Notes: generated by a model not told the origin, from the letters alone. DNA of 64,000 nt from Eledone cirrhosa (GCA_964016885.1 OZ024743.1:225556001-225620000); one strand, 5' to 3'; shown: positions 24,612 through 38,747, numbered from the stretch's first letter. A program made the numbers and translations.

Positions 24612-24800
24612 TAACTGTTTCTACTTTTTGGCACAAGGCCAGCAATTACCCAGTGCATTACTGGTACTTTATTTTATCGACCCCGTAAGGATGAAAGGCA
24701 ACGTTAACCTCGGCGGGATTTGAACTCAGAATGGCAAGGGCCGTAACTCTATACGTCAAAGCATGGCGTCTGACCCTCTGCCGATACTGCCAATCCACCG
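24612..24800 (-). mobile_element. SINE family 1, inserted in a second piggyBac-like MITE
   Basis: Reverse complement of 22460-22645; flanks resemble the 1945-2180 MITE. Confidence 0.75.
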
Positions 24801-25564
24801 ATTTAAAATATTTAATAATGTTAGTAAATCCCACAAATTCTTCATTAATTATTGAAATAGAGTTTTGGTATGTATGTATGTATGTATGTGTGTATGTGTG
24901 TGTGTGTGTGTGTATCATTATAGATACAGTCACAAAAAGGTTAAAGTTCTAGTAGTCAATTGTGCTTTAATAATGGAAACTCCATTATCCAGAAAGATCC
25001 CGTGGTTCAATCTAGAGGTCAAAGATGCCATCCGAGCAAAGAAGGAGGCCTACAAACAAAGCTTGGCTTGGCTGTGAAGACTGAGACACTCATCCTCTCA
25101 AGGAAGCCTGTGCACTCTACATGTGCATTCTACATGTGAGTGGAGTTCCACTGAAGCAGGTGGAGAAGTTCAAGTCATTGGAGTTGTGTCCATGAATAAT
25201 GGAAGGCAGGAGACTGAATTAAGTGCAAGAATTGCATGAGCTGTTGCAGTAATGAACCAGCTTACGCATTCGGTAATCAGAAGAATGGAGAAAGGTGTTA
25301 AATCCAAACGCTTCAATTCAGTGTTTGTGCCTAATCTTGGGTAATGATTGAAAGAATATGATCATGAATACAAGTGGAAAAAATGCGGTAATGTTACTTG
25401 ATAGAGTGCGTAGCTCAGATAGTCGTACCAGGTAGAGCTGCTACCTCTCTGCATTGAGAGGTCACAGCTCTGATACTACAGGATGTGGTTAGAATGTCTC
25501 AGGAATCGCTGGACAGATTTTACTGGCAAAACCAACTGGCTGGAGACCCAGGGGTGGTGGTGGA

Positions 25565-26150
25565 AGACGAAGAAAAAGAAAAAGAAAAAGAAAAAAGAAG
25601 AAAAAGAAAAAGAAAAAGAAAAGAAAAAAAAAAGAAAAAGAAAAAGAAAAAGAAAAAGAAAAAGAAAAAGAAAAAGAAAAAGGAAAAAAAGGAAAACGAA
25701 AAAGACGAAAAAGAAGAAGAAAAAGAAGAAGAGAGTTGCTCCACATAGATCTGTTACTTCTCCAAATTGAGAGATCACAGTTATGATACTATGGGCATGT
25801 GGTTAGAATGTCTCTAGAAAAAATCTCTGGATAGTTTATATGGAAAACCAACTGCTAGGAGGCCCTAGTGTAGACCAGCCAACCATGAGCTAGGCTGGTC
25901 TCGCTTGAGGATTCACCTGGATCAGTTGGCTGGAGACAGTTGCTTCTGACTTGACCCTCCCAGGAAGAAGAAAAAGAAGAAAAAGAAAATGAAGAAAAAG
26001 AAAAAAAAGAAAAGACAAAGGAAGAAAAAGGAGAAAAATAAAAAGGAGAAAAGAAAAAGAAAAAGAAGAAAAAGAAGAAAAAGAAGAAGAAAAAGAAGAG
26101 GAAAAAGAAGAAAATGATGAAGAAGGAAAAGAAGAAAAAGAAGAAGTTAT
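25565..26150. repeat. purine-rich (AAAAGA/AAG)n low-complexity tracts
   Basis: Two A/G-only tracts at ~25565-25735 and ~25960-26145 within RTE family B debris. Confidence 0.9.
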
Positions 26151-28029
26151 CATAGTACCCACTAAGGAAAGCTATTCTATCAGAAGACAAATGTTCATTC
26201 ATCAGCACACTACAACTCCAAGCTTAACAAGTTCCTGCTCCCCTCCAATAAATAGTGTAACATCTCCATTTAAACTAGGGTTTCACGAAGTGGTCCTTAT
26301 AAGCACCTAGGAGTGAATAATATTTTGACAGGGATGAATAAAAGCTTAGGGGCTTAATATACTAGTTTGCATTTATTCATTCCATTATAACAGAACAAAA
26401 ATCGATGAATCATGTACACTTTGCAGAATGCTAAACATGAAAATTCCTGCTGAATGGATTATTTCTCCATTTGATATTAAAATAGAAAATGCAAATTAGG
26501 ACACCCTTCTTAAAGAATAATTTAAAATAACTTTCAATCTTGAAATCTATATTCACATTTAAAGGATGGTGTTACTAGATAAACAGAAAAAATGTAGCCA
26601 AATATCATATCACGCTTTGTGCAACTGGTATTAGCTTTTCCGAGTTCATATACAGTGCAACCTAGGTTTAGCCATTATACATTATTTACTCAGCAAACAG
26701 AGAAGCACCTTGGACATAAAATGTGGTGATTCATTGCTCAAACTCACAAACCTGCAACCTAATATTTATAATTTTCTCTGCACCCACTAAAGCCATCCTT
26801 CCAATTAAAAGATGATTCAATTATTAAAGGGACATTTGCATTTATAGTTTACTGATTCTTTTCCCATGTTACGGCCCCCATTAGTCACTAATGACCATAG
26901 TTTTGCATCTAGAAAGTTTCCCTCTGTGGCACAAGCCAGGCCAAGGTTCGTTTGTGAAAGACCAGCAGTCAGCCATGCATACCTGTCTCCTTTCTCTACA
27001 CCATCGATGTTGTCAAGGGAAAGGCAATGGCTGATACAGCTTGGCACCAGTGATGTCACAACTCATTTCTACAGCTGCGTGAACTGGAGTAACATGAAAT
27101 AAAGTGTCTTGCTTAAGGACACAATGCATCAACCTGTCTGAGAATCGAACTCACAACCTCTCATTTGCAAGTCCAATGTTCTAACCACTAAGTTGTATTA
27201 AGCACTGGTAAATTAGTTGTTTTGAAATATTATATTAATTTAATTTATTTGGAGGGAATATAAAATAAATTTTATTACAAGCCCTGATCTAAACCAACTT
27301 AATTCCCTATCACCTCTGACATCAACCATGTTTAGTTTATTATTTTATATCACAATTGTTGAATAATGGTTTCTGATTTAGGCACAAGGCCAGCAATATT
27401 GGGGGAGGGGTAAGTTGATTAAATTGACCCCAGTGCATTACTGGTACTTTATTTTATCGACCCCGGAAGGATGAATGGCATCAGCAGGATTTGAACTCAG
27501 AACATTAATGATCATAACTGGATGAAGTCACGATTCTGCCAATTCACCACCTTATAACACCATTTATAGGTTCACTGCATTTTTTAATGGCTAAAGTGAC
27601 AAGGGAGTGTCACCACACACACACATATAACTTACAGTACAGACTGCAAAGTTGTGGAGATAGTGCCATGATAAAACGCACAAACTATAAAGTAGTTGAC
27701 AATAGGAAGGGCACCTAGCCATAGAAATCCTGCCAAAATATGTAACATATAAGCATTATCTGACCATGTCTCATCACAGACTGAGACCACTTTACAGTCT
27801 GTAAAGTGGTGGTGCTAGTACCACAATATATTGCACTCAATACACTCTGTAAAGTAGTTGACAATAAGAAGAGCATCCAGCCATAGAACTCCTGCCAAAA
27901 TATGGAGCATATAGGCATTATCTGACCATATCTCATCACGGACTGTGATCACCTAGTCAACTCATGCCAGTACAGAAAATGGCCATAAAATTATGATAAT
28001 GATGATTATCATATATAAGGCCTAAATAA

Positions 28030-28835
28030 ACTTACCGAATAAAAAAGAGGACAGGAATCTGATACTGTGAGAGAAGTGGTCTTTTTTGATATGTTGAAAA
28101 GAAATGGGTAAAAATTCCCTAAGGTGCAAATAGTGTAATCTATGGATGCACAAGATATGTAGTAGGATTACAGGCAGGTTAACAGAGAAGACAGACTTAG
28201 TATATAGCAGATTCACAGGAGAAGTAAGCATTATGAGCCCACATGAAATAGATTCCCTCGATTGCTCAGGGGGTTCTTTAGAACTTAATAGCTTTTGTTA
28301 CCTAGGTGACCTTATGAGCAGTGAGGGTGGAGATTCTGAAAATTTGGTTGCTAGAATAAGAAAAGGCTGGAAGATGTTTATGGAACTAGTACCTCTACTG
28401 ACAGCAAAGGGCTTCTCTCTCAGAGTGAAGGGCAGGCTGTATGATGCCTGTGTGCAAACAGCAATGCTTCATGTCAATAAAACATGGACCATGACTACAG
28501 AAGATCTGTGAGTCTCCTCTGGTGGATGTGTAATGTTAATGTGATGAATAAAGTAACATAAGCAAGCGGGGCGAAAACAAAAATCGGTATAAGAGGAGTT
28601 GGATGTAATGTACAAGAAAGAAAACTGAGTTGGTATATGTGGTGCATATGAAAAATGACAGCTGCATGTAGGAGTGTAGAGAACTCTCAGTGGATCGGTT
28701 TCATGAAAGAGGTAGACCTGTGAAGACATGGGATGAAGTTATGATTACTGATCATAGGAGGCTGAGTCTCTTATCAAAATGGATAAATATTTGTGAAGAT
28801 TGGTGACATGCAGTACCGGAGAAGACTCATCTATG
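28030..28835 (+). mobile_element. older diverged RTE family A-like 3' fragment
   Basis: ORF 28146-28511 ...FCYLGD..ARIRKGWK..KGRLYDACV, with decayed PHD cysteines upstream. Confidence 0.75.
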
Positions 28836-31790
28836 AGCATAAAAAATTTGATCTGACCAATTCATGTCCCTTCTCCATCATTGTACCTTAGTAACCATCT
28901 CACCATCACTGTAAACTCTACTATCCAGGATCAACCCCACCTCATCTGAATCCTAATTCATCAATCATAACTCTTTTGTATGTGTTTGTATTACCACAGT
29001 ACCCACAACTCCTCTTAAATTCCATCATTTGGGTCATACAGCCATGATATATCATCCCACTTTGAATCCCACCATACCTGTCATACACCTATGACATACT
29101 TGTTATTCACCTTTTTGACTATTGTCACCTATCCATGATATGATGCTTACATCTTTCTGGCACACCACCATAGAGTAGAAAAGGCTCTTCAGTTGAGTCA
29201 GTGGCTGACTTGGTCTGTTATGATCCACCCAACCCTTGCTAGTAGGGAAGTCAGACATTAGATGATTATATATATATATGTATATATGACAGGCAGACAG
29301 ATAGATAGATAGAGATATGGGTTTCACACTGTTGCCATCTACCAAAATCCACTTACAAGTTATTGATCAGACATGTGCAACATATTCCATTGGCGGGCCA
29401 CTTTTGAACATTGGAACAACTATTAGGGCTATTAATATTTATTAAGCACTTTTCCAAAGATTCACCACAACTTCTTTCCATAACATGGAATTGGGAAATT
29501 ATAACACACATAACCCTATCAGTGAAGCCCTTTAGTATAGGTCAACTAACAGAAAATTGTATTACGGTTATGAAAAAAATTCTAAATAAGGCTAAAAGGT
29601 AAAAATTAAAAATGGTCATTGCAGGTCACTCTGACTGGTCTGGCGAGCCAGATTGTGGCCCACGGGCCGCCTGTTGCCCGCCCCTGTTATTGATTAACCT
29701 ACGGCTACAATAGAAAACATTTACTTAATATGTGATGTAATGAAATTGGAAATGCTTTTGCCTAATCCCTCCTTTCCAGAACTATCACCTCAGGAACTGT
29801 GCTCATATTTTCACTTTAACAGATAATCATTTACACATCTTCAAAGACAACAACCTCAGCAGCATGTGTGGTCACTAGATATATCAGGAAAATCTCCCTC
29901 AAATACCAACCTCATTTTACGAAAAGAAATATTACATTAGATAATATAGTCCTACATATCCTGAAAAAGACAGGATAGTTATGGCTGGAATATCTTTCAA
30001 CATAGGTCTGCCCAATCAGGTTTGATATGGTGTTTAACAACCCTAAACAACATGAGAAGGCATGTAAACACTATTGACACTGTATTCTAACTAAAAAGGT
30101 TAACCCTTTCATTACCATATTTCTCATGAAAGATACTGCCTATGATTTTCAAAAAATTTTGTAATTAGTTAAGAATTTAGATGGATTTAGTAATACAACT
30201 AACTTTCTTATTATTACATTGGTGTTTGGAACATAGCAAATGTTTTTATATGTATGAAATTATGATAGACAGTTTTTAGATTATAAGATAGAACTTAATG
30301 GAAATAATAACTATAAATAAATTACAAACTAAATTTTTTTTAATATATTAGTTTCTTTCTATCACCAATCTATATTCTATTTTTTCTCTTTTAGATTGAT
30401 ACTCATTATATATATGTCAGAACAAATAAACAAGTTGTACAAACAGATCTTATTCTCATTTATAGATAAATATAAACATTTTAAAACAAAAGAACCTAGA
30501 CAAGTTTGGTATGAAAAAGGTTAATGATAGGCAGAAAACACAGTGAGACAGAAATCAAACAATGACAATTGTTAACAAGATAACTCACGTGTTTACGGAG
30601 AGGGATGTAGAAAGTTGGGACATTCGTTAGATTTCAATAAGATACTGAGGATTGTGGGAAAAGCGGGAGGATCGAAACTAGTAAAAGTCATTCCTGTCGC
30701 CAGGATCGGGGTCAGGTGGATTAGAATTTTCTGGGTGGCACTCTAATTTGTAGTAATTCTAAGGCAGAGTTTCGAAATAAGCATATCATCATATTTTTTC
30801 TTCTAAATTTGAGAGTGCACCATTAAAAATAGGGGGACGTGGACAGTGCTATCCAGTGACCCTTTATTTCGCTACAGTCCTGGCAAGAATAAAGATAGTG
30901 ATGTATTTTTATTGGTTAATGGCGTTCAGTTTCTGTAAGAAACGGCTGCATAGTTAAGTTAAATCAGTCTCAGAGAGTAGGCTGTTCACATGGTCGCTTG
31001 ACTTGTGACAGCCGCAGCCTACCTCAAATGACACCTTTCCGTTTTAAAGACTGTCCAGTACAATGTAGCCCTATATACAATATGTTTTAAACAGAGACGA
31101 GATGATTAGGGCTTGAATGTCTTTTCTTTACAGACCTACTCGAATAGGGTTGACCTAGGGCTAGACAATATCATCAATAACAGGTATATATATATATTTT
31201 TAGTAACCCAAGAGATACCGACATATAGATTATTCCCCAACTTTGGTTAATAGCTAAGGAATTTAAGACTGTAGCTAACACTGAATAAGAATAAGGTCCC
31301 ATCAAGCTAAGACGAGCATGCCGTTGCAATCTTAGATTGAAGGCATTTCAACTCATTTATGTCGCTTATATTATTGTAAAAGGCATGCACATCATAACAT
31401 CTCATTTTCTTCATCGTCCACCGTCATGCTGAGTAAAAAGAACCAATTATTTCAGAGATTATCATCACATTTCCTCTAAATGTTACCTACATGTGTGACC
31501 AGTCATTTAGTCCGGATCATGACTTTGATTTCTTAAGTTTAAAAAAAAGAAAGAAATTATTATATATTTTATGAAATCACCTTTCTGAATGACACCAACT
31601 AAATGGGGCTAACGAAATAGCTATGGCTTGATGAGAAAACGAAACTAAAACATGCATGTAAATAAGGTGTTTTAGGGTGTGTTCAGAATTCGACGACACG
31701 AATGATGTTCTTTCTACGTCGGTTGAACATCAATAGTTTCTGAAATATAATTAAAAGTCTGACTTTAGGAAGAAAAGTTGATAAAGTTAC

Positions 31791-31949
31791 CTGTTCGATA
31801 TGTTCTATCGTGTTTTTGCTGCTGTTGTTTATATTTTCATATTGGCGGCTAACGTTGACTCTGTCGTCTGCCTGCCGACATTTAAACCAGTCCTTGTTAT
31901 GATAATAGAGGTAAGTCGCTACCAATGTATGTCCTAAAACAATACCCAT
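31791..31949 (-). CDS. candidate first coding exon of an unidentified host gene
   Basis: AAAATGG start context; 53 open codons MGIVLGHTLVATYLYYHNKDWFKC...EHIEQ ending at CAG|gtaact; non-repeat, CpG-retaining region. Confidence 0.3.
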
Positions 31950-32302
31950 TTTCGCTCAGTGCTTTTTTTTTTTAAGTTACTTCTGGTGCTGTCTTTATGT
32001 TTATGGTAGGATGTCTACCAAAAGAGATGGTGGGGTGGCAGCTGAGACAGAGAGATCAGTGTGGATATCAAGGCAATCTCACCTTCGGACACACCGACAT
32101 TGCCCCAACTACCGCCGACTCGAGTAGCAGAAGCATAGCAACAAATACTCTCACCCTCTCACTGCCACTCTTTTCCCCTCTCTTACTCTCTACTACTTCC
32201 TCACTCCTCATCATCTTAATACCATATATACATTTGTTGCTCACTCTTTCTCACTTTCACATTTATTATCCTCTAATCTCACTTTGAAGTACCTCTTTCC
32301 CT

Positions 32303-32341
<39 letters not shown>

Positions 32342-33764
32342 ATATTTATTATCCTCTAATCTCTATCTGACGCACCTCCTCCTTCTCTTTGTCTCTCTCA
32401 CTACATTTGTGTGTTTGCGTGTTATATATGTATATATTTATTTTTTCCTCTCTTTAACACACAACCTTCACAACTAGCCGACGAGGGAGCCCTTATGTAG
32501 TCGCACGATCTGCTAGAAATAGCAGCCGTCTCCTTCGATTTAAGAAAGAACACGTTAGATAATCTATTGCGACATAACCCCAAATAAGAAAAAAGGTGAA
32601 CTATGGGTGTAACTTAATCAGGGCTGGCATAGAGCTAAACAATAAGCTTCACTTTATTTTCTATCTATCTTACCCTAATTTATCCTAATGTATTACCTTC
32701 TCTTATTTTGTCTTTCTTTCAGATTCTGTTTAGATTGATTTTATTAGTCACTTATAACATTTTTTTAAATCGAATAACTGAAAGATTTGTGAAACTTTTG
32801 TCGATATCGACCCGTTCCTTCAAAATAATCAATTGGCGCCCTGCCAATAAATTAGCTAACCAAGACGAGACAGCTGGATATGGGTCCCAAACAAAACTGA
32901 TAAAATTAGCACATTTCATTGAGTTTCATTTTGTTGGGTTTTCCCCTCTTACTTTAATTCATTTTTATTTAATTACCTGCCATTTTATATACTTAAAGCA
33001 AAACACCCTCTCCCCCAGTTTAGAATTGTTCTCAAGAAGAATTAATGACATTCAGGCCTTTCCCTAGAAGGTAAGATATTGCCGTTGATCAGCCCTAACT
33101 GAGCAGCCCTATGATTAAAAACGTTTTAAGGGTGACTATACCATTAAAAAAAAATTGTTGATGAATGAAGTATCGACTACTAATCCAATTTACATTCCAT
33201 ATTTTTTTGTTATTCTCTAAGATGATAGGCTATCATGTGAGGAAGATTTAGTTGCTATTTCTAGCATGCCTAGCAGCATAAGTGAAACCAACATGTAAAA
33301 TTTATGCAACATAAGTCCATTTGACTGAGAAACGTTAGACCTTTTCTCTTCCTTATAGCAATACAGTAATTATTATATATTATATTTCACTCATCCTTAC
33401 TGATTCTTCATATAGACACAAGACCTCACATTTTGGAGGAAAGGTTTAATCAAATTGACAGAGTTGTTAGTGTGTTGGATTAAACACCTTGGTATTTGTC
33501 CTGGCTTTTTTGCATTCTGAGTTCAAATCCTGCCAAGGTCAACTTTTCCTTTCATCTTTTTGAGGTAAATAAATAAAGTACCAGTCTAGGGGCGATGGAT
33601 TGTCAGAACTATTAAAAGGTTGGACAAGTTGCTTTGCAGCATCTGATCTGGTTCTATGTGTTTTGAGTTCAAATTTTGCATTGTTTTGACAGGTAGTTGC
33701 AACCAGCAGATAGTATCAGCCATAGAAGCATAGTTTCTTTAGTCCAATCTGACAATCAGCTCCA

Positions 33765-34085
33765 TTGTTCTCAAAATAAATGTCATCAAAATCTCATAGA
33801 TTCGATTTTATGTGAGATAATTATGTGAATAAAGCCTTTACCACGAAAATACAATAGTAAATATAGAGTAATGTAAATACTAAAGGGTTAAACCAGCCAT
33901 ACCTGACCAGAATTCTCTCACCTTTTCGCTTTAAACTGGCTGTACTCATACTGATGTTAAGGTATTCTCAAAATATATAATATCAAAATCTCATGGATTC
34001 GATATTATGTGAGATAATTATGTGAGGTAAAGTCTTTACTGTGAAAATATAATAGTAAATATAGAGTAATGTAAATACTAAAGGG
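33765..34085 (+). mobile_element. two tandem piggyBac-type MITE family A copies (partial)
   Basis: Two 3' ends TAAATACTAAAGGG-TTAA at ~33890 and ~34089. Confidence 0.7.
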
Positions 34086-35624
34086 TTAACAGTACTGGTA
34101 CTTATTTTATTGACCCTGGAAGGATAAAAGGTAAATTTGACTTCAGCATGTAACTAAATACTGTAAGGTATTTTGTCTACAGCTCTACCAATTTTGCTAC
34201 TCTGTTGCTGCCTTTTGCATTCACCATTATTAAAAAAGGCGAAACATAGCATTAATTTAATTAATAATGGTAGGTAGGAGGAATTTATCACTGAATTGAA
34301 TTAAATTGCAGATGTGCAATTCATTAAAAATATATGTAGGTGGATGTGGGGGAAGAGAAGAAATTTTGATAAAATGAATATATATGTTAATTTGGAACAT
34401 ATGAGCAGTAAATACATTAAATTATTCAGGAAAACTTATTTGAGTGCAAGGAGACTTTACATGCACAGTAACCTTTTTTTTGTTTTATTCTGACTGATAC
34501 TATCAACTTGGGATCTGTGCCAGTCGAACAGCTCTGTTGCAGCTAGCACCACAATGCAAATAGGGAGTTGTTAGAGTGCCAACCTACCAAAGTACCAATT
34601 CTTTTTATCATTTCTTAAAATCCAATAAAAGGTATAACAGAGACACAGGGCATTCAATTGTCCACTCCGTTTCTTATACAGAATTTGATGAAGGTGCATG
34701 GCTTTGTGGTTAAGGTATTAAATTCATGATGACGAAGACATGAGTTTGATTCTGGGATCAAGCAACATGCTCTGTCTCTGAGCAAGACACTTTATTTTAC
34801 ATTGCTCCAGTTCACTCAGCTAGTTGTAGCTGTAATTCAAAGAGCCTACCTTATCACATGTGTCATTCTGAATCTCTCCTAAAAATGTTTTAGGGTACAC
34901 ATGTCTGTAGAATGCTCAGCCACTTTAATGTTAATTTCACAAGAAGGCTGTTCCATTGATCGGACAACTGGGTCACTCATTAGTGGAATCAATGGGGGTC
35001 TATTAACAACATAAAATTAACTGCTGCATCTGTTACACCTTGTACTCAATATAAATAGGAACCATGACAATGTCATTGCTGTACTCAATCAACCATTTAT
35101 TTTTTGGTAGTATTGATAGAGCATAAAGTTATGGCCTCTTAAGTCCTAAGTTCAAATCCTGCTGAGGTTAGCTTTGCCTTTCATTCTTACAGGATCGATA
35201 AACTAAAATACCAGTAATGCACTGAGGTTGATTTAATCAACTTTCCCTTCCCTTCAAATTGCTGACCTTGTGCCAAATGTAGAATCAATTATTGATTTAT
35301 CAGATGAACAAATGAAACATCCATGATCTTTTGCAGGCCTTCCTGGATTGATGAAATCATTGCAGTTGATATTCGATTTCAATTTCAGTCAACAAGCATT
35401 TGAAGGAGGGAAAAACAACTTAGTATTCTAGAAGTTTGCAGTTCTAGCAAGACATGATTAGGAAAAGTGTTAAGAAGACAGAACCAAGGAAGTGAAGTAA
35501 TGGCAAATCACGTTAGTATCTGCCATAATGTAATAATGATCAAGACAGTTGTATATAACAAGTATTTATTTATTCTACATTATACTTCTCTCTCTCACTC
35601 TGTCTCTCTCTTTCTCTCTCCCCT

Positions 35625-35655
<31 letters not shown>

Positions 35656-35898
35656 ATATAACAAGTATTTATTTATTCTACATTATACTTATCTCTCTCT
35701 CACTCTGTCTCTCTCTTCCCCTCTCTCCCCTCCCTCACCCCCTCTCTCTTTCTCTCTCTCTCTCTCACAATGAGTACAACTTTTACTGAATTTTTTTAAC
35801 AGTTTGAACAGAGTGAACATTTTAGGGTCTTAAAATATTGATGTACAGGTAATAGGTGTCAATTGAGTGAAACACATTTAAAATTAAATGAATTATAA

Positions 35899-37603
35899 CA
35901 CCGTGTAACAGAAAAAAATGTTTTCTCTGTTCCTGGCTTGTAATCACTTTTTTGTGTTGCTTAGGTCCCAAATAAATAAAAAAAGTGCTATTAAACAGTT
36001 CAAAGTTTGGGTTTGTAAAAATTCTAAGCTATTTACTAGAATTATTTGTATGCTGGATTTTATATTGTATATAAGTTTAATTTGCTTATGTTAAATAATT
36101 TTTTTTATATATGTTTCAGGTTAAATTAAAATTATAAAATAAAGATTAATACCTAAAGAAAATGATAAAAGTGCAATAAAGTATAAAATTGTTAAAAAGT
36201 GGATTAAAGAGATTTATTGATACTGGATTTTCGCAAGTTGTGTTTTAAGCATTCGTCTCCAGGATGAAGCAGTGGAACTTGGTCAAGGAGGAAGTGCATG
36301 TGACAAGTCAGAGAAGTCGACACGAACCTTTCTCAGGTTTTTACACTCTTAGGGATGGCCTCTGCTTCTGCCATGATGTGCCTGGACTGTTTGACGTTAT
36401 TGAGGTGCCGTTTGTGCCCAAGGAGTGGCGGCTATTTATAGACAGCTCCACCACAAGTTTGAACGCTGTCCTCCTCCACAATGAAAACAAGTTCCCGACA
36501 CTGCCCCTGGCTCATTCAGTCTGCCTGAAGGAAGATTACTACAGTGTGAAAGTCCTCTTGGAAGCTCTGCAATACAACCAGTACAATTGGGAAATCATTG
36601 GAGACTTCAAGATGGTGGCTTTCCTGCATGGACTCCAAGGAGGCTTTATCAAATTCCAATGCTTCCTTTGCCTTTGGGACAGCAGAGCCACCTCTGACCA
36701 CTACAAAAGAGAGAACTGGGTGCAGCAAACAGTAATGTCATGTGGGAGCCATTGGTTGATCCCAGGATTGTGCTCATGCCGCCACTGCACATTAAGTTGG
36801 GGTTGATGAAGCAGTTTGTGAAGGCTCTCAACCAAGAATCAGCCGCTTTTAAGTACCTTCTTGAGTTCTTCCCCAAGTTATCTAAGGCCAAAATCAAAGG
36901 TAGAATTTTTGTTGGACCTCAGATAAAGAAGGTGTTTGAGTCTACCGAGTTCTCCAATAAGCTCAATAGGATTGAGAACAGCATGGAACTGTTTCAAGGC
37001 AGTTGTTAAGGGCTTCCTTGGCAACTACAGATCTGAAAACTACCAGCAACTGGTGCAGGATCTGATAAAGGCTTTTGGCGCCATGGGATGCAGGATGTTG
37101 CTTAAACTTCATGTGCTGGACGCTCACCTGGAAAAATTCAAGGACAATATGGGTGCCTACTCAGAAGAACAAGGCGAACGATTCCACCAAGATGTGAAAG
37201 AGATAGAGCGGAGGTACCAGAGCCACTACAATGAAAATATGATGGGGGACTATATCTGGGGGCTAGTGCGGGAATGCGACCTGGACTACAACCGCAAATC
37301 CAGGAAATCCAGTCATTTCTGACGTGTATAAGTTGTTTTATAAGTGTTATTTGTTTTTACTTGTTAGCTTGTGATAAGCTTGTGTAATAAAATAAATATA
37401 TACTCTGTTGATTTAATTATATGAACTGATAAAGTTTTTAAAAATATGTTTTTTCTTGAAAAATATGAAAATTTCGAAATATCAAACTCCTGACGACAAA
37501 CCCAAACTTCTGATTAAATAATATTTTTTTTTTATAATAATGGGATATAACAAACCATGAAATGACACTTAGAACCGGGGAACAAAAAATATGTTACACG
37601 GTG
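35899..37603 (+). mobile_element. Chapaev3 (CMC superfamily) DNA transposon, internally deleted and frameshifted
   Basis: 12-bp TIR CACCGTGTAACA / TGTTACACGGTG; 3-bp TSD TAA (35896-98, 37604-06). Transposase motifs WRLFIDSS..LNAVLLHN, GDFKMV, CFLCLWDSR, PPLHIKLGLMKQFVKAL, SEEQGERFHQD. Confidence 0.85.
36264..37322 (+). pseudogene. Chapaev3 transposase catalytic region (3 frames)
   Basis: ORFs 36264-36806, 36740-37009 and 36936-37322 join through two frameshifts into one transposase; N-terminal zinc-finger region absent. Confidence 0.8.
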
Positions 37604-37609
37604 TAATAT

Positions 37610-38400
37610 AAACATTTCTCTGGTGAGATCTTCCAGTATGTAAAATCTCTAAGAATACTTCAACAGCAGTGATGCCACACCAAGGGTTGGCACAAACACC
37701 GAATTGAAGATAGCAAGTTTGGCTTTTATAACTAACCTTAACCCTAACCTCCCTTCTTCTGATTACTAAATGCTGAAGCCAGCACATTACTGCACCATCA
37801 TCTGAAATTGTTTGCACTTAATTCAGTCTTCTGCCATCCATCACTCATGGACACAGCCCCGAGAAACTTGAACTTCTCCACCTGCTTCAGTGGAACTCCA
37901 TGTAGAGTACACTGCATAGGTTTCCCTAAAGGGATGAGTGTCTCAGTCTTTGCACCACTGATTTTCATTCTTGCCATACAGCACTCAGCATCAAACCTAT
38001 CAAGTGCAAGTCGGAGATCACCTCCTGTCGAGTTATGTAGCACCATGTCGTCTGCAAATTCTAGCTAACTGATTTTATATCAGCCAGTCATGATACCACT
38101 TCCAACCCAGCTGTGCATGTCAATCCTGTTCATGAAAATAATAGTTTCTGATTTAGGCACAAGGCCAACAATTTGGGGGGAGTGGCAAATCGACCCAGTG
38201 TGTTACTGGTACTTTATTTTATCGACCCCGTAAGGATAAAAGGCAAAGCTAACATCGGCGGGATTTGAACTCTGAATGCAAAAAGGGGCGTAACTCTATG
38301 CCACAAAGCAAATAGGAGAGGTGACAGTACACACCCTTGGCAGAGTCTGACTTCCACATTGAATAGTTTCGATTTAGTACCATTTTTCCAAACATCTGCA
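37610..38400 (-). mobile_element. RTE family B RT fragment split by a family 1 SINE (38140-38305)
   Basis: VRLCQGCVLSPLLF, FADD-like segment, LKQVEKFKFLG on the minus strand. Confidence 0.7.
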
Positions 38401-38514
38401 TCCAAGGAATAGTCTATTATTCCTAATGTGATTTTACAGGGTTAGACTTTTGGGATTACTTTCATTTTACTTCACTTACTTCCCCAATGACATTGAGTTT
38501 TAATATACAGCAAA

Positions 38515-38655
38515 TTAAGGCTAAATGTTACTCTGGAGCTTTGCCTATTTATCACAGGGCTATCAGACAAGAACAGATAATAACAGCTCTTGTCTGATGA
38601 CTCTGTGATAAACAGGCAAAACTCCAGAGTAACAAGACCCACCATTTAGCCTTAA
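38515..38655. mobile_element. palindromic mini-element with two head-to-head decayed type I hammerheads (family 3)
   Basis: Plus strand 38588-38637: TCTTGT-CTGATGA-CTCTGTGATAAACAGGC-AAA-ACTCCAGAGT-A-ACAAGA; inverted copy at 38526-38572. Confidence 0.6.
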
Positions 38656-38700
38656 TATAATATGATATAATATAATATAATATATATATGCGTGTGTGTA

Positions 38701-38747
<47 letters not shown>

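Noticed and set aside
25476-26208. Poly-K/F/S ORFs
   Set aside because: Translations of purine-rich low-complexity tracts.
32708-33075. Divergent plus-strand first exon (AG|GTAAGA at 33070) and 119-aa ORF
   Set aside because: Only a splice-donor match; ORF lacks an ATG start and recognisable homology; no downstream exons identified.
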